The position numbers and the translations under genes were made by a program. Of a DNA stretch of 64,000 nucleotides, positions 1-10,231 are shown one piece after another (position 1 is the stretch's first letter; every line of letters begins with the position of its first letter). The DNA is from an uncultured Parachlamydiaceae bacterium (lineage in GTDB: Bacteria; Chlamydiota; Chlamydiia; Chlamydiales; Parachlamydiaceae). Under the pieces are notes generated by a model. That model saw only the letters and a list, made by a program, of their open reading frames with translations. It did no database searches and was not told the origin of the DNA. The DNA lies in contig CAVVXH010000002.1 in the NCBI GenBank assembly GCA_963752155.1, positions 286,420 through 350,419 on the forward strand, written 5' to 3'.

Positions 1-1255
1 TCTTTTGAGCAAACGCAAGAGGCCTACAATGCGATGGAGAATCCACTTTGCAACTCAAATCCGAACCCATAGGGTTGCAACTCCCAGATCTTCGTAAATC
101 ATTGGTCTATTACGGAAGAAATAACAGGCCCGATGCAGATCCCAACAGTACCATGATGCATTTTGGTTTTTCTGGCAATAAATCCCATCAATCAATATTA
201 CCCAAAGTTCCTACTTATATCATTTACGATAAGAGGCAATCTCCACCGCGTTATGAGTTCAGTCCAGGAAATAAAGAATCTTCTATTTGGATTGAAGTCA
301 ACCGGAAGGTAATAACGCGACAATAAATGTTAAGATGAAAAATGATCTCGATGAAATTGTTTCTAATCCCGCAGCCTATGCAACTTTTAACTTACCAGAA
401 AAACCATTAGGGCGGGTCGATAATGCTACCTGGGAAATAGGTAAAAATCGGGTCGATGGCACCTTTATTACTCGACAAAAAGCTAAATGGACCGGCATCG
501 ATAAATTTTTAGAAAGACATGGTGGCAAGGAGTATGAGCACTTCTGGGAAAACAACGGATTGATTTTGACGATGCAGATAGAGGTTATTCCGTTTATATT
601 CAGAATGGAGACATCTTAATTTGGGACAATAATCGTTGGAATAATGCCGTACCCGGGACCCAGAGACTCTTGGAAAACCTCTTTTAGTCGTTAAGAAAGT
701 GGAAGAACGACTGATGTCTTTTGATCTATGGGATAATGATGGGAAGGTCAAAATGACCCTTAACCTATTAAAAACCAGTGAATCTCCTCCCTCGATTGAA
801 TATTTTGCAGGGATTCAAATATGTTAGGATCAAGGACCCGTTCACAGTTTGTCTTTGAATTAAATAAAGAAAGGATTACACTAAGTCCTCTGGACTGGCT
901 TCTTTATACCGAAAAAAAATGGATAAAACTTACGACCATTGATGGTATTGATGCTTACGTAGATCATAAGATCACCGGATTTTTATTTATTTTCGAGGGA
1001 ATTGAAAAACGAGAAGATCATCAAGTCATGGTGGGTACCCTTTTTAATAAAACTGGATCCGACTTCGTGCATGTTGAATTAGTCATGGAAACAGGCAGCA
1101 ATTTATTACCGACGATTTCGCCTGCAGCACCCCCTCGAAGTACACCCCAGGGACAAAAAAAAGGAGATTTTCGAAAGGAAGTTCTGGATGAAAAAGCACA
1201 GAGTATGGAACTCCATCCCCACACTAAGGACATACGTAAATATCAACCCCATTGA
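1..1255 (+). CDS. Conserved-position hypothetical protein upstream of gspD, 5'-truncated and broken into 4 or more frames
   Basis: Consecutive same-strand ORF fragments 48-326, 335-619 and 821-1255 read as one protein when frames are switched; it ends 4 nt before the secretin start. Confidence 0.55.
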
Positions 1256-1259
1256 GATA

Positions 1260-3777
1260 ATGATGAAATTATTACTGTTATTAGCCTTATTTTCATTGCC
1301 ATTGGCACAACTTCAAAGTCAAACGATAGCTGAAAAGAAAGCAGGCATTTCTTCCGGTAGTGAAGATCTATCGCCTGAATTGAAGAACTTTTGCAGCAAG
1401 TGAACAAAGAGATGATAACGCTGCAGAACGAGCTTAAAATCCAATATGCTAAGCTCCAAAAGCTTTACGAAGGGAAAGCCCCAGAATGTAACTATGAACC
1501 CTTACTCAAGCAGTCAATGCGATAAAAATAAAAATTCGCTCTTTGCAAGAACAGTGGCACCAGAAAGCGATTTCGGGTTCAAGAGAAGCTGAATATGCAT
1601 TGTGGAATCAACCAGAAACGACTATTGGCCAACTTGTCAACGATTTTGGGTCATACAATTATCTCTATATTACTCCTCCTGAAATATCGAGAATGAAAAT
1701 CAGTCTCGATTCTAATCATACCTATCCCACGTGCTTCTTGGGATGAAGTTTTGGAGTTTATATTAAACGAAAGCGGTGTAGGCATACGTCAACTCAATCC
1801 CTATGTGCGTGAACTTTATATTTTGAATGAAGATATGTCTAATCCTAGACTGATTACTATGAGACGTGAAGATTTAGAGCTATTTCCGGCAAGAGAACGT
1901 ATCGTCTTTGTAATCGAGCCTGATCCTACAGAGGCTAAGCGAATCTGGTTTTTCTTAAACAAATTTATTAATCCTGATACGACAGCTTTGCAAATGATTG
2001 GTCGGGATCTCCTAATTGTTAGTAGTGTCGCGGAAATCAAAGAGTTATTGAAAATTTATGATTTTGTAAGCATGCATCGTGGGACCAAAGAATATAAAGC
2101 CATCAAAGTGCGTAAAGTGGATGTTGAGGAAATGGCTAGAGTGTTGGCAACTCTCTTTGAGTCCATTATGGAAGATGAAATCAGTCATGAACCTTTTTCA
2201 GATTCCGGAGACGATTCTGATGAAAATCGAGGTCCAAGAGGGGGTAACAATCGAAATTCCCAATAAGGTCCTCAGGTACATGGAGCATCTACTCTTAGAA
2301 TTATTGCCCTTAGAGACATTGCTCAAGCTATTTTTTTAGTCGGCACGAAAGAAGAAATTCGAAAAGCGGAAGAGATCGTCCATCAAGTGGAAGAGCAAAT
2401 TGGAGAGACTCGCAAGAAAGAGATTGTTTGGTATCACGTTAAGCATTCAGATCCTGAAGAATTAGCTCAAATTTTATTTCGTATCTACGAACTGATGGTT
2501 CAAACGGGTACGGGGACCGATGAAGAAGATTCTTAATGTCCGAAGAAGGGATCAATGAAAGACGTCAAGCTATTCAGGAAGGAATCATAGACGCCGTAGA
2601 AGCCATTCCAAAGATTCCTCTTGGGGTGATCAATGATACTGGCTTTTTATCTAGCGCTAACTATTTAAATAATCCAGAAGATCGCCGAAAACCTCGTTCT
2701 CCTCCAAATATGGGACGAGATAACTTTTTAGTTGATCCTAAAACAGGTTCGTTGATTATGGTGATTGAAGCCGATCTTATCGCAGAGATCAAGAACCTCA
2801 TTAAACGGTTAGATGTTCCTAAAAGAATGGTGCAGATTGAAGTGATGCTCGTGGAACAGGTGATTAGAAATGCCGATAATATCGGACTCAACCTTCTGAA
2901 AATAGGATCAATGGCCTCTCAAATTAATACCACAGATCTCCTGTTTAATGTGTTACCTGGATTTTCTGGAGTAGTCCCTGGCATTACAGATTTCATTGTC
3001 AGACGCGCACCGACATGCGCAGGGATGCCTGCTTTTGATATAGCCTATAATTTTCTTATCTCGCGCGATGACATTCGTGTCAGTGCTAGTCCTTCGGTGT
3101 TGGCAATGAACGAAACCGAGGCTACAATAAGATTTGAGGAAGAGACATCCGTGAGTGTCGGAACATTTGTAGTTCCTAATGCAGGTACAGCTACCTTACA
3201 AGAATCTTTTGCGCGTGCACGTTACGGGATTAGTATCAACGTGGTTCCTACAATCCATTTGCATGATCCCTCAAGTAAAGTCGGTGACAACATTGATTAT
3301 GTCACTCTTGATTCGGATGTGATATTTGAAACAATCGTTTCAGATTTCAATAATCGCCCCAATGTCATTCGAAGAACTCTTAAAAACATCGCACGTATTG
3401 CCGATGGTCAAACGGTCATCATTGGAGGGTTCAGACGAAAGGATGTACAAGACCTTACGACATCCATTCCTTTTCTTGGGGATATTCCTGGGTTTGGAAA
3501 ACTCTTTTGCAATACTATCATGAGAGACTCTTCTACTGAAACATTTTTGTTTCTAACAGCTAAAATTGCCAGTGAACCTTTGGAGGATCTTGAAGCAATC
3601 AAAATGGAGGAAATGGCGCGTCGTCCAGGTGATCTTCCCTATTTTATGAAAGCGCTTCGGGATGCTCGAGAAGAAGAAGAAAATCGCTATCTTCGAAATA
3701 CAGTTGAATTGCTTTTTGGACAAGAACCGGATCGATTTATTGACAAAGAGGCTTGTGAGTATAATGGCAGATCCTAA
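1260..3777 (+). CDS. gspD: Type II secretion secretin GspD, frameshifted in the 5' half
   Basis: Signal peptide MMKLLLLLALFSLPLAQ at 1260. Secretin motifs LIKRLDVPKRMVQIEV, ARIADGQTVIIGG and IPFLGDIPGFGKLF in 2536-3777. Lies directly upstream of gspE. Confidence 0.9.
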
Positions 3778-5404
3778 TATACCGCAAAAAAACTTTTCAG
3801 ATGAACTGCTCCGCCAAGGGATGTTAAGTGGAGATGAGCATGCTTTAGCTTTAGCAGAAAAGTTTGGAATGGCTATTTATCCGGTATTGCATGATTTCCA
3901 ACTTCCACGAGACTACTACAAAAAAGTTCCTTATTCTTTTGCAAAAAAACATATTATTTTGCCTTTCAAGTTTGATGGTGAGACGATTTTGGTCGCTGTT
4001 GCGGATCCTCTTAATTTAGAGCCGCTGGAAGAGCTCACTTTGATGCTTGAACACAAAGTGAAAGCTGTTTTCAGCCCTAAAGAAACAATTTTGAATGCGA
4101 TCAATGAATGTTACAACCAAGAGTTAGGTGCTGCTTCTCAGTTGATTGCCCATATGGGCGATCGGGGAGCGGAAGAACTTTCAGATGATGCTCTTGAGGT
4201 TTATGATTTGTTGGACGAGCGTACGGGTCAAGCGCCTATCATCAAGCTTCTAAATTTAATCTTAACTGAAGCTATACAGCAGAGAGCTTCCGATATTCAC
4301 TTTGAACCTTTTGAAGACCGGATGCGTGTGCGGTATCGTATCGACGGGGTTTTGCAAAATCGGCACGCCCCGGCCACAGAATATCAAACCCAACTGATTA
4401 CCCGCATAAAAGTGATGTCCAGGATGGACATCGCCGAACACCGGTTGCCACAGGATGGTCGCATCAAACTCAAAATGGGTCGACGAGAAATCGATTTTCG
4501 CGTGAGTACTGTTCCGGTGGCGGGTGGAGAAAGAATCGTCATGCGGATTTTAGATAAAGGAAACGTCGTTCTTGGTCTTGATAAACTGGGGATGATGCCG
4601 CAAACTCTAGAAGAATTTAAGCATCTGATTTCCCTCCCAGAAGGAATCGTTTTAGCTACAGGTCCTACAGGGTCCGGTAAAACCACTACTCTCTATAGTG
4701 CTATTTGCGAAATATGCAGTGATGAAACCAACATCATGACCATTGAAGATCCTGTAGAATATAATTTGCATGGGATTGCTCAAATCGGAGTACAGCCTAA
4801 AATTAAATTGGACTTTGCCTCGGGCTTGCGCCATATCTTGCGGCAAGATCCTGATATTATCATGATCGGGGAGATCCGAGATGTCGAGACTGCGGCAATC
4901 GCTATTCAGGCAGCCCTTACAGGGCATTTGGTGATTAGCACTCTACATACCAACGATGCTCCTTCGGCTGTTACACGATTGGTGGACATGGGAATTGAAC
5001 CTTATTTGCTTTCCTCTTCTCTTGTTGGAGTCTTTGCCCAACGCTTAGTGCGCGGAATTTGTCCCAATTGCAAGATAGGGTATGATCCACTTGAAAAAGA
5101 GCTCCAAAGCATAGGTTTGAAGCGAGAAGACCTTATCGAGGGTCAGCTTTATAAAGGCTCTGGGTGCCCGATTTGTTATGAAACTGGATATAAAGGGCGT
5201 AAAGGGATTTACGAGCTAATGCCTTTGACGAATGCTCTTAAAAAGCAAATCGTTAAAAGTCCGGATGCTGTGGAATTACGCCGATTGGCCCTTGAAGGGG
5301 GGATGATGTCTTTGATTGCTCATGGAGCAGAGTTAGTGCGTCAAGGAGTGACCACTGTCACAGAGATTTTGCGAGCAACACGTGGAGTCGAAGAAGAGAT
5401 CTAA
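3764..5404 (+). CDS. gspE: Type II secretion ATPase GspE
   Basis: ASDIHFEP, RYRIDG, Walker A GPTGSGKTTT, TIEDPVE, LRQDPDIIMIGEIRD, STLHTND and CxxC...CxxC zinc motif. Likely start MADPN at 3764. Confidence 0.97.
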   Translation: MADPNIPQKNFSDELLRQGMLSGDEHALALAEKFGMAIYPVLHDFQLPRDYYKKVPYSFAKKHIILPFKFDGETILVAVADPLNLEPLEELTLMLEHKVKAVFSPKETILNAINECYNQELGAASQLIAHMGDRGAEELSDDALEVYDLLDERTGQAPIIKLLNLILTEAIQQRASDIHFEPFEDRMRVRYRIDGVLQNRHAPATEYQTQLITRIKVMSRMDIAEHRLPQDGRIKLKMGRREIDFRVSTVPVAGGERIVMRILDKGNVVLGLDKLGMMPQTLEEFKHLISLPEGIVLATGPTGSGKTTTLYSAICEICSDETNIMTIEDPVEYNLHGIAQIGVQPKIKLDFASGLRHILRQDPDIIMIGEIRDVETAAIAIQAALTGHLVISTLHTNDAPSAVTRLVDMGIEPYLLSSSLVGVFAQRLVRGICPNCKIGYDPLEKELQSIGLKREDLIEGQLYKGSGCPICYETGYKGRKGIYELMPLTNALKKQIVKSPDAVELRRLALEGGMMSLIAHGAELVRQGVTTVTEILRATRGVEEEI

Positions 5405-5416
5405 GGAATTCCATTT

Positions 5417-6601
5417 ATGGCGCTATATCAGTATCAAGCCCTCGACAGTCATGGTAAAAAGCTACTTGGCTTCATAGAAGCCAATGACGAAAATGATGCA
5501 AAAAGTAAATTGCGTGACCAGGGATTGATGGTTAGCAGTCTGACCACAAAAGCTTCTGTTTCAGCTAAACAAAATTTGCGTGGCACTGTACTGCAGACAT
5601 TCACTCTCCAGCTCTCTCAATTAGTCAATGCAGGAGTTCCCCTCTATCAAAGTCTGTCCGCAATTGAAGAGCAATATCGTGGAGAACCCTATCACAGGAT
5701 CATTTTAAGCCTTTGCGATCAACTTAAATCTGGTAAATCCTTATCAGAAGCTTTGTCGGGATATCCTAATAGTTTTGATAGATTATATTGTTCTATGATA
5801 GCTGCGGGTGAGTCCGCCGGGGCTTTGGATGTGGTTTTAGAAAAGCTAAGTGTTTTGTTGACCAAAGAAAATAAGCTTAAAAAGCAAATTATCACAGCCA
5901 TGATTTATCCGGGAGTCTTAGCTAGTTTCTCTTTACTGATTATTGGATTGCTTTTGGGTTTTGTTGTTCCGGCTATTGAGGGGATTTTTTCAGGTAGAGA
6001 ACTCAATGGATTTACCGCAGCTGTGATTAATTTCAGTCATTTTGTCAAAAATTATTGGTGGATCTATGTCCCCATTATCATCGCAGGACTTTATTTTGGG
6101 ATTACTCAACTGAGGTCTCCAAAAGGATCACTTTGGCTACAGCGAACTCTCATCAAGGTCCCTATTGCTAAAACGTTAATTGTGCAAGCTTCAGTCGCCC
6201 GTTTTTGCCGGACTATGGGTACATTGCAGCTTGGGGGTTTGACGATGATCGAATCGTTAAGGCTAGCTCGGGAAGTTGTGGGAAACGTTGTGGTTGAAGA
6301 AGAAATTAAACAGGCTGAAAATAAAATTATCGAAGGAAGTTCATTAGGGGCTGAATTAATGCGCTCCAAAGTGATCCCAAAAATGGTCGCGCGGATGCTC
6401 ACAGTAGGAGAAGAGTCTGGTAGTACGATTCTGATGCTTAATAAAATTGCGGATGTCTACGAAGAAGAGATTGAAAAGACTATTGATCGTCTTATGGCCT
6501 TGTCGCAGCCTGTTATTCTTATTTTCATGGGATCGATCATTGCTCTGGTTTTGTTAGCTATTCTGCTGCCTATGACAGACATGAGTTCATTTGCAATGTA
6601 A
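5417..6601 (+). CDS. gspF: Type II secretion inner membrane platform protein GspF
   Basis: AGESAGALD, AMIYP and VGEESG motifs, three hydrophobic segments, follows gspE. Confidence 0.95.
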   Translation: MALYQYQALDSHGKKLLGFIEANDENDAKSKLRDQGLMVSSLTTKASVSAKQNLRGTVLQTFTLQLSQLVNAGVPLYQSLSAIEEQYRGEPYHRIILSLCDQLKSGKSLSEALSGYPNSFDRLYCSMIAAGESAGALDVVLEKLSVLLTKENKLKKQIITAMIYPGVLASFSLLIIGLLLGFVVPAIEGIFSGRELNGFTAAVINFSHFVKNYWWIYVPIIIAGLYFGITQLRSPKGSLWLQRTLIKVPIAKTLIVQASVARFCRTMGTLQLGGLTMIESLRLAREVVGNVVVEEEIKQAENKIIEGSSLGAELMRSKVIPKMVARMLTVGEESGSTILMLNKIADVYEEEIEKTIDRLMALSQPVILIFMGSIIALVLLAILLPMTDMSSFAM

Positions 6602-6688
6602 AAGGATGGCAAGAACAACAAAACAAGGACAACTTAAAGGCCTATAAGATTTACCTTGTTGTCCTTTTCGTCGTTGCTGTCCTTTTTT
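6600..6688. repeat. Imperfect palindrome built from AAGGACAAC-like units, terminator-like, after gspF
   Basis: aaaaggatggcaa...aaggacaac pairs with gttgtcctt...ttgctgtcctttt, followed by a T run. Confidence 0.55.
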
Positions 6689-6783
6689 ATTTACAAATAA
6701 AATCTATTGTTCATATAATAAATATATAAGATTTTGTTGTTTATTAACTTGTTTGCTCTTGTTTAATTGTAAAATAAATAAAA

Positions 6784-7560
6784 GTGAGAGTTTATATGTC
6801 TGATTTATACTTAGAATCTAAACTGAAAATTCAACCTAAGAAAAAAGAAAAAGATAAATTTGAAGAGGCAATAGAAAAAAATCTTGATGATTATATCGCT
6901 ACGATCTCTATAAAAGAAGAAAATTTATTAGAATCGGCTGAGATGAAAAAAAAGCGATTAAAGGAAGAAATGAGAGAAGCGCTCTCGATGGATTGGATGG
7001 AGCCTTATTTGATTTTAGCATTTGATATTTTATTTAATGAAAGTAAGCAATATCTTGATGAAAGTGAAAATCAATTAATTGTAGATCAATTTTCTAAGAT
7101 TTCTGATAAATTAAATCAATTAGATTTAAGTACATCTTTTAAAAATTACCAGTCATATTTAAATATTAGCAATGATTCGATGGAGGCTGTTTGGAAAATA
7201 GCTTTGGCGAAATACGTTGCTGGCGAATACAAGAAATGTACAGCACTTTTTGTTTTGTTAGCTGCATTAGCCTCTGACGAGTCTGAATATTGGTTAAGAA
7301 TGGGGATTTCAGCTCAGGAAGATGGAGATTTTCAATTAGCATTGCGTGCTTATTTAGCAACGCTTTCTCTTGATCCTAATCATTTAGGTGCAAGATTGAT
7401 GGCAATAGAGTGTTTTCTTGCTACTGATCAGTTGGCTTCAGCCGAAGCAGAATATCTGGAAGCGCAAAAGATTGTAGAGAATGCAGATAAAAATGAAATT
7501 GATCCCATATCGATTGAATTACTTAATAAAATTGAAGAGGTGATTAAAAATTATAAATAA
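6784..7560 (+). CDS. TPR protein resembling SycD/LcrH class II type III secretion chaperones
   Basis: C-terminal TPR pattern YWLRMGISAQEDGDFQLALRAYLATLSLDPNHLGARLMAIECFL; acidic protein. Confidence 0.65.
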   Translation: MRVYMSDLYLESKLKIQPKKKEKDKFEEAIEKNLDDYIATISIKEENLLESAEMKKKRLKEEMREALSMDWMEPYLILAFDILFNESKQYLDESENQLIVDQFSKISDKLNQLDLSTSFKNYQSYLNISNDSMEAVWKIALAKYVAGEYKKCTALFVLLAALASDESEYWLRMGISAQEDGDFQLALRAYLATLSLDPNHLGARLMAIECFLATDQLASAEAEYLEAQKIVENADKNEIDPISIELLNKIEEVIKNYK

Positions 7561-7592
7561 CTAATTCAACTTGTCAAATCGAGGAGAATATT

Positions 7593-8507
7593 ATGTCACT
7601 TCCCATAAATGAAAGATCAAATGAAAAAGTGTTTATTCCTGTAAATAAATCTTCTGAAGATCGTTCAGCTCCTAAACTTCTTGGACCCGATGCTAAAATG
7701 CAACGTAACAAAATAATGGATAGTGAAGTCAAGAGCCTTGAAAAGTCTTTGAGAAAACTTGAATCTGATCCAGAGCTTAGAGTTACCGGGCATGATGATC
7801 CCAAATCTTTGGAAAAAATGAAAGAAGATTGGAAGTCGGGATTGATAAAAGAAATATCTTCTAATGAAATCCAGAAACTTGAAAAGTCCTTGAATAAATT
7901 TGCATCTGACCCAGAGCTTAGAGTTAAAAGTGAGGATCCCAAATCCTTTGTCGAAAGAAATAATCAGCTATCAGTTGGTTCTCTGCTTAAAAAAACAGTT
8001 GACGCGCAGCAAGCTCCAGTAACGAATACGAAGTCTTCATTGCCCCCTACTGAAGCGAAGGAGTCTTCGCCTCCTAAACAACGTGCCCAACGAGGCGGCC
8101 GTTTTATTTCACCTCAACCTAACAAAGAAGTAAACAAAGAAGTAAACTCTTCCTTTAGAAATTTATTTTCTGCAAAACAAGTCGAAGATTTCAAAGCTGA
8201 AATAAAGAACAATTTTGAGAATGGGGTTTATTTCTACGGTATTGCTACTTCAACTACGTTGCATATCATGCAAAAAACAGAAAAAGGTATCGTTGAATAT
8301 GAAGCTGAAATTTCTAAAGAATCTAAGGACTTATATGTTTTAACGCGAGTTAATGGAAAAGATCGATCGGAACCATCAGAACCGATGACTGCACAGCAAA
8401 TGAAAGAACATTTTAGTAAAGAAGTAGATGTCCGACAAAGTCAGAATGAGGCAGGCATTCAACAACCGAAAAGATATGGTAGAGAAAGGAATCCAAAGAT
8501 CCTATAA
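7593..8507 (+). CDS. Hypothetical hydrophilic protein with a 47-aa-spaced internal repeat; candidate secreted effector
   Basis: RBS GAGGAG; LEKSLxKxxSDPELRVxxxDPKS occurs twice; lies directly downstream of the chaperone-like gene. Confidence 0.7.
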   Translation: MSLPINERSNEKVFIPVNKSSEDRSAPKLLGPDAKMQRNKIMDSEVKSLEKSLRKLESDPELRVTGHDDPKSLEKMKEDWKSGLIKEISSNEIQKLEKSLNKFASDPELRVKSEDPKSFVERNNQLSVGSLLKKTVDAQQAPVTNTKSSLPPTEAKESSPPKQRAQRGGRFISPQPNKEVNKEVNSSFRNLFSAKQVEDFKAEIKNNFENGVYFYGIATSTTLHIMQKTEKGIVEYEAEISKESKDLYVLTRVNGKDRSEPSEPMTAQQMKEHFSKEVDVRQSQNEAGIQQPKRYGRERNPKIL

Positions 8508-8596
8508 TCATATACTAGGCAAAACTTGGACTTTGTGAATGGATCTTTTTTCTATATAGATATAATAAGGCAATGTATCTTGGGCAATGTCCAAAA

Positions 8597-8669
8597 TAGC
8601 CTTGCCATTGGTGCCTGATCTGATATTCTGATGCTTGCCTTAATGAAAACAAGACCTCTTAAAGGAAAT
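8597..8669. repeat. Nested palindrome family, copy A (degenerate half hairpin)
   Basis: tagccttgccattggtgcctgatctgatattctgatgcttgcc plus a loop matching copies D and F. Confidence 0.8.
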
Positions 8670-8902
8670 TTTTTTAATTGCATGCTTTATCATCTAAACC
8701 TTCTTCACGCGCTGTGGCAGAGCCCATCCTATTACCCATAAGTCATATTTTTGCCTTTTAGTGCATAGTTGAGTGGAAAAAAATCTTCAATAAGTTTTAG
8801 CTAATAGAAAATTTACTGGAGATTGGCTATGAGTTGGGTTTTTGGGTAAAGTAATGTATAAAGTTGTCCATATATATCAAGAACAACGAAGTACTGTTTA
8901 AT

Positions 8903-9021
8903 TTTTTTTTAACGCAAAGAAGCAAGTGAAGGCGCAAAGGCGCAAAGAAAACGATACCAGTTTATAGTGATCTACGTTTTCTTTGCGCCATTGGGCCTTT
9001 TGTTTCTTTGCGTTAAAAAAA
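8903..9021. repeat. Palindrome of CGCAAAG/GGCGCAAAG units
   Basis: ttttttaacgcaaaga...ggcgcaaaggcgcaaagaaaacg pairs with cgttttctttgcgcc...tctttgcgttaaaaaa. Confidence 0.8.
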
Positions 9022-9268
9022 TAATGTAGCGTTAGGGCTATATCGATGGATAAAGCCTACGTAACTTTATCCTAGCGTAAGAAAAAAACTTATGGGTAAT
9101 AGGATGGGCAGAGCCACAGCACTTCTGAGTAAGCTTTTGAGTTTACTTCTTGATATTAGCGCGCCGCTGGTCGCTGAGGGCTCCAAAAAGTTTTTGGATG
9201 TTATAATCAGGGGTGCATACTTAATTAGAAGTCACATATTTTGGATCCGGAAATGGGGAGGGGGAGAA

Positions 9269-9403
9269 ATGGCAAGGTTTTGGCATGTTCCGAATGAAGA
9301 AACAGCTCGTGTTTTAAAAGAAACCGATCTAGGAGAGAGCCTAGTAGAATATGAAACTATGGATGAGTTTTGGGATTCATTAGGATTTAGCCGACATGCT
9401 TAA
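9269..9403 (+). CDS. Short RelB/DinJ-like antitoxin; the downstream toxin is reduced to a stub
   Basis: MARFWHVPNEETARVLKETDLGESLVEYETMDEFWDSL resembles the PNxET...F..L C-terminal motif of DinJ-type antitoxins. Purine-rich RBS upstream. An overlapping ATG gives only MLKPKK*. Confidence 0.55.
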   Translation: MARFWHVPNEETARVLKETDLGESLVEYETMDEFWDSLGFSRHA

Positions 9404-9434
9404 GCCAAAAAAATAAATTCATACCTTTCTTGGT

Positions 9435-9483
9435 AAAAGAAAATTTCCCTACTTTATCCGCAGAAACGGTAAAAGAAGGACGA
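9435..9483 (+). repeat. 49-bp direct repeat, copy 1 (copy 2 at 12288-12336)
   Basis: 45/49 identical by manual alignment. Confidence 0.9.
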
Positions 9484-9571
9484 TAAACAACTTGCGTTTG
9501 GATAAGTAAATTTGGTATGGCTAATCATGATGTTCGTAGTTTATGAAAATCTTAAACTGGGAGTGAACAAA

Positions 9572-10231
9572 ATGAATTATAGCCTTGTAAATCCAGCCAT
9601 GAACTATGATGACAACCAATGGTTAATTTCTCTGCTAAATACAGGTTCAAAAACAGCTGGTCATGCAATGATTATTGTTGAAGGACGTGAAAAAGGAGAA
9701 AATTTTGTTGGTCAATATGAAGTAACGGGATATGTTCTTAAAAACCCTGCAACTTCCGCAGAAAGATTCCAAAATGCTATTGGCAATGACATAGGATATA
9801 TTTGCGCAATTCGGGCACTTGAAGGAAAAATTTGCACCTATCCAAAGCCTTTTTCGAAATTAAGCTCGATGACCTGGACTGCTTTAAAATCAGATGTAAA
9901 GAATATGATTACCAACATACATGATATGAAGAAGCAAACAGAAGATGCTATAAAGAATCAACAACCATTACCCTATGTTTACCAGAAAGCAGGTTCTAAA
10001 AGGAGTGCTCTTCTTGGAGGAAATCAAGGGGACAACTGTGTGACGTGGGCGAAAAAGCAGATTTTGCTTGCACATATAAATCAAGGAATGCTTGAGACCA
10101 ACTGGGCAATTACCGATACAATTAAGGCCCTTCCAGAAGCTCAGGTAACGCAATGGACGTGGAGAAAAACAGCTATTTTGTCTTTTGGCCTATTTTTGTT
10201 GATGGGCATTCAAGGGAGTAAAAACTCTTGA
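9572..10231 (+). CDS. Hypothetical protein with His...Asn-Cys motifs (permuted papain-like candidate) and a C-terminal hydrophobic tail
   Basis: GHAMIIVEG ... GDNCVTWA, with a C-terminal TM-like segment. Start 9572 follows GGAG. Confidence 0.55.
   Translation: MNYSLVNPAMNYDDNQWLISLLNTGSKTAGHAMIIVEGREKGENFVGQYEVTGYVLKNPATSAERFQNAIGNDIGYICAIRALEGKICTYPKPFSKLSSMTWTALKSDVKNMITNIHDMKKQTEDAIKNQQPLPYVYQKAGSKRSALLGGNQGDNCVTWAKKQILLAHINQGMLETNWAITDTIKALPEAQVTQWTWRKTAILSFGLFLLMGIQGSKNS

Noticed and set aside
1..2540. gspD and its upstream gene as pseudogenes
   Set aside because: Frame breaks are clustered, coding sense continues across them and gspE/F are intact. Assembly indels are more likely; reads are needed to decide.
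9092..9268. N-terminal 59 aa of the 103-aa ORF
   Set aside because: No recognisable similarity; the RBS and antitoxin-like motif point to a start at 9269.
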